Shown here piece after piece: positions 54,400 to 64,000 of a DNA stretch of 64,000 bases. The notes beneath the pieces are model-generated. The model saw only the letters and a list, made by a program, of their open reading frames with translations. It made no database searches and was not told the origin of the DNA. The stretch comes from Macrostomum lignano (lineage: Eukaryota). The position numbers were made by a program, and so were the translations under genes. The stretch is taken from contig NIVC01001420.1 in NCBI GenBank assembly GCA_002269645.1, forward strand, positions 23,576 through 87,575. The letters are read 5' to 3'. Within the stretch, counting starts at the first letter, position 1. The number at the start of each line of letters is the position of its first letter.

Positions 54400-56245
54400 T
54401 TAGTGATGAATTTTTCATGTTTTAACTATTCGTCTTTGTCAATGACCTTGAAAGTTTTAAACGGATATTTTTGATAAAATGTCAACTTTGTACTTTTACC
54501 AGTAATTTAGGTCACCGGAAACACCCTTCCCCTTTCCCTGAGCAGCGCCAAATTCAGGATGCCAAAGTGAAAATCAGTGTGCATGCTAGCTGGCAATGAA
54601 AGAATCATGGCTTTTTCCCGGGAGGGGTCAGTCGACCCCGTTGACCCCCGCCCCCCCCTCTTTTGGATCCACTAGCGAGTTCAAGCTCCGAGTTTGAGAG
54701 AATTTTATTAAGCAATATATTCGTAATTACGAAATGGTGAACGAAATTTATTTTCAGTTTCATTCGAGAGGGGTCATGACCCCCTTAATTTCCTCGGGGG
54801 AGGTCATGACCCCCTTGAATGTGTCGCAACTGTATAGGCAATAGGCAAGTAGGCAATAGGCCTAAACTGTATTGCTAATCTATCTAATACGCTTAGATTT
54901 TCTCTTCTAGCGTTTTTGTTGTTCCTGTACTCCATGTACTTAACTGTCTCTGATTGTTTTTTGCTAGATTTGGATCAAGGTTTTGTAACAAAATGTAGAT
55001 TAAAACTGTTCGGAATTTGTTGCTCAACAATTATATACATATATTGTTTGTTTTGTACATCTGCTACATAGCTATAAGTATTGTGCCTTTTGTCAAGTAG
55101 TGTGCTCTCTTTTGTTGCTTTTGCTCTTTTATTAAATTGCTTGCTTGCTTTACACACAATTTTTTTTGTTAATTGATTGTTTGCAACATTCATCTTGATG
55201 ATTTTCGCTCCTCTAAGTGTTGTCACGCGTGTCTCGCCTCTTAAAAACAGATTTTTTGCTATCTTATTTTCTTTACAACCTGTGATATTATTATAAAATT
55301 GCATATTCATCATGCCTTTTTAGCTTATTGTTGTCTGTACGCGTTTTTCCACCGCTTTTTAGCCAGTAACAGTAGTACGCTTATTTCGTCATTTTGCTTG
55401 TGGCTAACCCAGCTTGTTATTTTAGTTGTAGGCACAGATACTAGAAATTTTGATAGGCTTGATAGGCCACTCGGCACATTTGCGTGCAAGCTACTTTCAG
55501 TTCAGTAGTAAGTAAAACAGAAGCATTTTAATGTATTTTTAAATCCAAGGCTCATTTATAGGCTCTTACCCCAACTTAAACCCTCAAACCGCGCTTTTCC
55601 ACACTACCCCCCTCGCCCTGCCCCAATTTTTATTGCCTTTCTCAGAATTCCAGCCTGAAGCAGCCATGTACATTTTAGTGGACTGGCCAATGTACATTAT
55701 TGCTGAACCAATTATAGCAAGTTGTTTACGCCTGCTAGCTTGGGGTTTCTAAACTTATCAAAGTAATTTTAACAACCTTAACTTAATAAAATAGCTTACG
55801 TATTCTTTGCGCTACTGAATTGAAAGTAGAAAGCCGTTTTACTAAGTATACGAGCCTGAGTGGCCCATCTAGTTATTTTAGTATGTGTGGTATTTTCTTT
55901 TAAATCTAGATTTTAGAGTAGAAAATGAAATCAGTTGGAACATTAATTTTATTTGACAATTTGAGCTCAAAATTTTATTTTCATTCCACTGTGTCACTCG
56001 CCTATTTTTAATAAAACAAAATCGCCTCAAATTTCTTTTAATTGTGGTCCTCTTGTTCTTAATACTTGTTTTTTCCTCAATATAGGGACCGATTTTAAGT
56101 TAAAGTTTGTAAGTTTTTTACCAGCTATGGTCGTAATAATAGATAATTTATTATTTTTTTTACAATTTCAGCGCAAGTTCTTCTCTCCAACCGGAGCTCA
56201 AGTATCTAATCTGTTATTATTATTATAAATTCCTAAATCGCTTAA

Positions 56246-58137
<1,892 letters not shown>

Positions 58138-59004
58138 GAAATGCTTTTGCGAAGCATCCATTGCGGACTTGAATTGCACTATTCAATTAAGTAGTTAATA
58201 CTATTAATAGGTGTCGTTCTTATAACATAGCTTCGTTCGACCAATTTCTATTAGAAAGCCATAATACCGTACTTGCAGTAGTAGTTACACCGCATCTAGA
58301 GATAAATAGCCACAAATTTGTGCACTCGCTTAGGCCGTGTTTCGTATGAATTCCATAATTTTTCTCGCTAGTGTTGCGCCATTGCAGATAGATTTTTAAG
58401 GCAAAAATATTTATCTACACTTACTCTTTTAATAATTAATTAGCGCATTAGTTTCTGTCCCGTCTTAAGCAGGTTAAAGAGGCCGTCGATTTAATACATC
58501 TGTTTATTAGTTTTCCAAGCATTACCGGTTTATTCTTTCCATTGTTAATTATTTTGTTTCCTTTATCCAGCTGTTGCTATTGAAATATTGAATAAATATA
58601 AAATACGCTTTTAGCCCTCGAAACAACAACTTTTTGGTTAGCGTTATCAAAATCGAATTTAACAAATTATTAGCAATATCTTTTTTTATTTATATTTATA
58701 GAAAACAAAAATTTTATTATCGTCTGAAAATGTTCAAAAATATTTATAATATTCATATATATTTATCTAGAAATCTTAGGGCAACTTGGCCGTACATACA
58801 ACTCTTGCGAACGAAAACTCAGATTTTTCAAATCTTGTCTCCTATGTCCGTGTAGGCACTTGCAGATTTAAAATTCGTAAAACCTAATTCACATCAAGCT
58901 GTGAAGTCTTATAAAATCTAGCTATCTATACTCACTCTGTCCTTTTTGAATGATCGCGAACTCACATTCGTATCTATGAGCGTAGACTCCCTGCTCGTGC
59001 ACAT

Positions 59005-59485
59005 CTACTCTCACCTAGATTTCCCGCTCACGTCTATTCTCACCTAGATTTCCCGCTCACGTCTATTCTCACCTAGATTTCCCGCTCACGTCTATTCTCA
59101 CCTAGATTTCCCGCTCACGTCTATTCTCACCTAGATTTCCCGCTCACGTCTATTCTCACCTAGATTTCCCGCTCACGTCTATTCTCAGCTAGATTTCCCG
59201 CTCACGTCTATTCTCACCTAGATTTTCTGCTCACATCTATTCTCACCTAGATTTCCTGCTCACATCTATTCTCACCTAGATTTCCTGCTCACATCTAGTC
59301 TCACCTAAATTTCCTGTTCACATCTAGTCTCACCTAGATTTCCTGCTCACATCTATTCGCACATAGACTGGCTGCTCGCTTCTAATCTAACCTAGATTTC
59401 CTGCTCACATTCTCACCTGCACTGTCTCATCTCATCCAGACGGGCTGCTCATTTTCTAATCTCACCCAGACCGGCTGCTCATCTC
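59005..59485. repeat. 29-bp minisatellite (TCTATTCTCACCTAGATTTCCCGCTCACG) upstream of the KDM1B-like exon
   Basis: Roughly 16 units, decaying rightwards into the acceptor at 59493. Confidence 0.93.
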
Positions 59486-59493
59486 TTATCTAG

Positions 59494-62400
59494 GATCGCA
59501 GCCCACTGTTTCTAAGAAACACAGACCAAATATCTGTCTTCTGAAACGCAAACGCGAACCCGATAGCTCTGACTTCGTCGGCAGCCGCGGTGCTCTCGAA
59601 GGCTGCACAAAATCTGGTTGCGGCGAGTCTCAACCGGTCTGTTTCGCCCGCCTATCGTCTCGTTGCGTCGCTATAGCAACAGAATCTAATTCTAAAACGT
59701 CGCGTTGGTACCACCTGAGCAGGTGGGAGCACTATTGCAACGCCTGTTTTGAGCTGTGCTATCGAGGCCGGTTATCCAACGAATGGGCACCTAGTTGGGT
59801 TGCTCAGCTCAGATCGGCCTGGTTGCGTGCGGAGTGCCGCCAGCCCAGCCCCAGGGAACTGCTGGCTAACGCCGCACTGCCCTACTGGGCCTCTTGTCGA
59901 GACTGCGGCCGGTGGAGACAATTGGACACTGGCTCGGATTGTAATAGCGATAACTATTATAACTTGTTGCCAAGGCGTTTGTTAGAGTTTCGATGCAGTA
60001 ATTGCGACGAACCCGAACACCCGGGCGTGGCTTGGGCCGCGTCGGATCCTGATTTCCTGTCCAGCCTGGCTGCTCCTGTGCTGCTGCAGGACAACTGCTG
60101 TAGAAGGCTGCTGCTGTTCGACTCCAAGTTGAACGGCTGCAGGCCTTTAAGCGTTGGTCTGGCGCCTCTGCCCGGTGATCAGCTGATTGGTAGGGCTTAG
60201 CGGTAAAATGCGTCCCCTGGTTCGATTCCTGGCCAAATTCATTTTGGAGCTTGTCAGGGCCGCTGCACACTCTGTGAGCGTGTGCATGAGTGCGTGCTTG
60301 CATACAGTATTGGCGAGTTTGTATGTGCTCAGTAGTCAGCGGAATGGGCAACATTGCTTCACAGCGCCAGTGGTGGGACGGTGTCGCCGAAGGCGTTTTC
60401 CAACAGCCCTCCTACTTCGGGAGGCAGATGTAGGGATCGAGAGGCGGATGTAGGGATCGGGAGGCGGATGTAGGGATCGAGAGGCGGATGTAGGGATCGG
60501 GAGGCGGATGTAGGGATCGGGAGGCGGATGTAGGGATCGGGAGGCGGATGTAGGGATCGAGAGGCGGATGTAGGGATCGGGAGGCGGATGTAGGGATTGA
60601 GAGGCGGATGTAGGGATCGGGAGGCGGATGTAGGGATCGGGAGGCGGATTTAGGAATAGAGGTAGATTTAGGAATGGGGAGGTAGATGTAGGGATGGTGA
60701 GGTAGTTGTAGGGATGGTGAGATAGATGTAGGGATGGTGAGGTAGATGTAGGGATGGTGAGGTTGATGTAGGGAAGGTGAGGTAGATGTAGGGATGGTGA
60801 GGTAGATGTAGGGATGGGAGGTAGATGTAGGGATGGGAGATTTAAGGGAGGCTGGAAGATAGAGGAAGTGGATGAGGAGGCCCAGACTCTAAACCTCATC
60901 AGCGGTGTCCGAGTTCAGTCCACAACCAGATCGCTTCTTCCCCTCCCCGCCGCCCTTTAGACTCGCCGTCCCAGCTCCACCCGTTCGCCAGCGGCCTGTT
61001 CTCTTTCGGCCAGTCCTCGGCCGCTTCTTCGAGTTGCTCGGCTTTGTCGGTCCGGCCCGACCAGGTCGATCCCGACGAACTGGCCGCCGCCTACCCAGCT
61101 GGCCAGTTGGAGCTGCGCAACCAGCCGCAGCTGTACCTGGCAGTGCGCAATACTCTGCTAGCCGCCTGGGCCATCTGGCACTCGACGCTGGCTCAATCAT
61201 CGTCTCAGACACCAGCCGATTGGCCAACTATTGCTGGCAGTCGACGCTCTGAATCGTTAATCCTATGTAGAGGCCTGGCCAGGATTCGAATCTGTTCGGC
61301 CATTTTGCCGGCTATTATTCGTCGATTAGAACGTCAGGGCCTTATTAATTTCGGCATCCGACCTGTCGCTTCCGATGCTGCTGACGGCGACGACGGCGAT
61401 TGCGACGACGGTAGTGTCACTGATGTCGTTATTGTCGGCGACGACATTGCGGGACTGGTGGCGGCTCGGCAGCTGGTCAGCTTTGGCCGGCGCGTCGTTC
61501 TGATTGAATCGACCAACAACAACGAAAGGGATAACGACAAAGGAAATAGTCGTCGGCGACTTCGTCTACCCGACATTGCTGTCGTTGATAGCGTGTCGAA
61601 TAACCCGCTGTGTCTAATGGCGCTGCAGCGGGGCATCGGCCACAGCGGTGTTCGTAGTCTGGAGGATAATCCGTTGCTGAACGTGGACCTGTTCGACTGG
61701 CCCGACGGCGGTCGGATCGCGGCGGAGTCCGACGTGGTCTGTCAAGCTGTCGACGTCGTTACTGAGGCACTCGCCGCGGCGTCCGCTAAGCGAGTCTACG
61801 CGTCAGCTAGGCGAAAGGCTCGGACAACCGGAAGTGAAGCTGTTAGCTTCTTTGTCGAATCCGATGCTGCAAATTATGATGCAACCGGAAGTAAATCTAT
61901 TCCTGCCGGGAATGAACCCAATCCTACCGGAAGTGAAGCCAATCCTACCGGAAGTGAAGCCAATCCTACCGGAAGTGAAGCCAATCCTACCGGAAGTGAA
62001 GCCAATCCTACCGTAAGTGAAGCCAATCCTACCGGAAGTGAAGCCCATCCTACCGGAAGTGAAGCCAATCCTACCGGAAGTGAAGCAAATCCTACCGGAA
62101 GTGAACCCAATTCTACCGGAAGTAAATCAAATCCCACTGGAAAGAAATCCAATTTTACCAAAAATAGCTCGAATCCAACCGGATTTGTGTCGGCACCAAT
62201 CGAAAGTGATGACGTATCAGTTTCGACGCAAATCGACGAGCAGAGTCTGTTAGACGAGATGACCGCCAGTTCGGAGCAAGGCGCCAGATTGTTAAATTTC
62301 TACCTGGCCAGTTTAGAGTACAGATTAGGCGCCCCACTCGATCTAGTATCCGCCGCCTCGACGTTGCCGTTCGAGCGCGACAAAATTCTGCCGCAACTAA

Positions 62401-63305
62401 GCGACAATTCAGCGATTGTCGGAGTCGACACTCTGGCCGACCTGGCCGACTGGCTGGCTGCCGGCTCGCGGACGGTTCCGCTGCTGCGCGGTTCCGCCGT
62501 CGCCCGGATCTGTCGACGTCCGGCGGCCTCCTCGACTTCGCCAGACACCGGTGTCGAAGTGTCGCTAACCGACGGGCGTCGGATCCGCGCCGCCTGCTGT
62601 CTGTTGACGCTGCCGCTAGCGCCGTCGGGTCTTCTGACCGGTGACGATAATGACGGTCCGGAGTTCGAGCCGCCGCTGCCCAGTTCTAAACTGCGAGCGG
62701 CCGACGCTCACGGCTGCTGCCGTTTGTCGACGCTGAGGCTTCGATTCCGACGTCGATTCTGGCTGCCGAGTCGATGTTTTGCCGCTCTGCCGGAGTCGTC
62801 GACAAGTCGCGGCATCTGCCACCTGTTCGTCGATCCGTCCCCGGTCGATGGCGACAATTCGCCATCAACGTCGTCGGCCTTTCCGCTGTTGGCGATCTTC
62901 TGCGGCAAGGCTGTTGAACATCTGGCAGCTCAGGCTGATCCGCTCGGCTACGCCACCAGAGAGGCCACTCGTCGACTCGCCGTAATATTCGGCGAATCTG
63001 CCGAACCGCCCGTCGATTCGTCGCTGAGCAGCTGGTCCGCCGCCTACCCGGCCGCTGGTCGATGGTCGCCTACTGGCGACGCCGAATTCGCCGACGCACT
63101 TTCAGCCGACGTCGGCTGCTCTAGCGGCGGCGACGGCGACGGCGATGCCGGCCCGTTGTTCTTCGCCAGCGAAGCCGCTTCGAAGGAGTTTCCGCACAGC
63201 CTGACTGGCGCCTGCGTCAGCGGGCTGGCCGCTGCTGGCCGGGTGGCCGACTGGCTGGACGCTCGGTCTAGGCGGGTGCTGCTTCGGGCTGAGCAGCGTT
63301 GCTAG
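59494..63305 (+). CDS. KDM1B: Lysine-specific demethylase LSD2/KDM1B-like (C4H2C2 ZF, zf-CW, SWIRM, amine-oxidase fold), probably catalytically impaired
   Basis: Exon ~59494/59502-60189 encodes C..C..PVCF..RC..TSRWYHLS..EHYCNACF and LPYWASCRDCGRWRQL..FRCSNC. Exon ~60886-63305 encodes ALSVRPD..DEL..YLAVRNTLLAAW, LERQGLINFG, LEYRLGAPL, RFW and LFFASEA..FPHSLTGA. The N-terminus and intron borders are tentative. Confidence 0.88.
60190..60420 (+). mobile_element. tRNA-derived SINE copy in the KDM1B-like intron
   Basis: GGGCTTAGCGGTAA ... GGTTCGATTCC (B box), then the family core and tail. Confidence 0.75.
60420..60840. repeat. 20-bp minisatellite (GAGGCGGATGTAGGGATCGG) in the KDM1B-like intron
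   Basis: Roughly 21 units. Confidence 0.95.
61915..62145 (+). repeat. In-frame 21-bp repeat encoding (PTGSEAN)n within the KDM1B-like ORF
   Basis: AATCCTACCGGAAGTGAAGCC, about 10 units; the ORF stays open across it. Confidence 0.95.
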
Positions 63306-63369
63306 GGCCTCTGGGTGTCTATGTCTAGACATTGTCTTGTCTAGCTGTTTTGTTCTTTACATTCGGTTG

Positions 63370-63740
63370 GTAGGGTGTGTATTTCTGCTTGCTAGGGTGT
63401 GTATTTCTGCTTGCTAGGGTGGTTATTTCTGGTTGCTAGGATGTGTATTTCTGGTTGCTAGGGTGGTTATTTCTGGTTGCTAGGATGTGTATTTCTGGTT
63501 GCTAGGGTGATTCTTGGTTGCTAAGGGTGATTCTTTCTTGGTTGCTAGGGTGATTCTTTAGTTGCTAGAGTGATTCTTATTTAGTTGCTATGGTGATTCT
63601 TCTTTAGTTGCTGGGTTGATTTTTTTAGTTGCTAGGGCGCTTTAGTTGCTAGTGTGATTCTTTTTTAGTTGCTAGGGTGATTCTTCTTTAGTTGCTAAGG
63701 TGATTCTTCTTTAGCTGCTAGGGGGATTCTTTTTAGTTGC
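63370..63740. repeat. ~22-25-bp degenerate minisatellite (TAGTTGCTAGGGTGATTCTT) downstream of the KDM1B-like stop
   Basis: Seen directly. Confidence 0.85.
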
Positions 63741-64000
63741 TAAGCGCATTCGATCTGCTAAGGTCGATCAGGTTGCAACTGTCATAAGTTTTAATCACTA
63801 AAATGCTTCTTTGTGGTACCTAGAATGTTTTTGGTTGCTGGGATGCTTTCGTCTCGTCTTTACTAATGACTCTGGTCTGTTTCTCTCTGTGTTTATTGCG
63901 ATAGCTATTTTCATTTTATAGACACTTGCTACGAGCGTACTGTAAATTTAATCATACCCTCATCGTGTTTTCTTGTTGTTCTGTGTTCCTTTGCATTTTT

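Overview
Eukaryotic (animal) genomic DNA; no prokaryotic features. The GC-rich exons, dense micro/minisatellites and minisatellite-filled introns resemble a free-living flatworm such as Macrostomum (inference from sequence style only). Six protein-coding genes were assembled by hand from GT-AG exons: an SLC16/MCT transporter (+, 19336-24016), an intronless WCPPC thioredoxin (-, 27454-27771), HSBP1 (-, 37339-29002, 8-kb intron), MAPK15/ERK7 (+, 38067-54399, head-to-head with HSBP1), GAPDH (+, 56249-58137) and a KDM1B/LSD2-like gene (+, ~59494-63305). The LSD2-like protein keeps its zinc-finger/CW/SWIRM modules, but its FAD-binding motif and catalytic Lys are degenerate. The left third is dominated by a ~10.4-kb array of 238-bp satellite units with higher-order structure and one hAT MITE insertion. 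Also present: a tRNA-derived SINE family (two copies occupy apparent introns), hAT and MULE/foldback MITEs (one inserted on a splice acceptor), and a strongly CpG-depleted domain at ~29.2-37.2 kb. All exon coordinates are manual and need RNA-seq confirmation.
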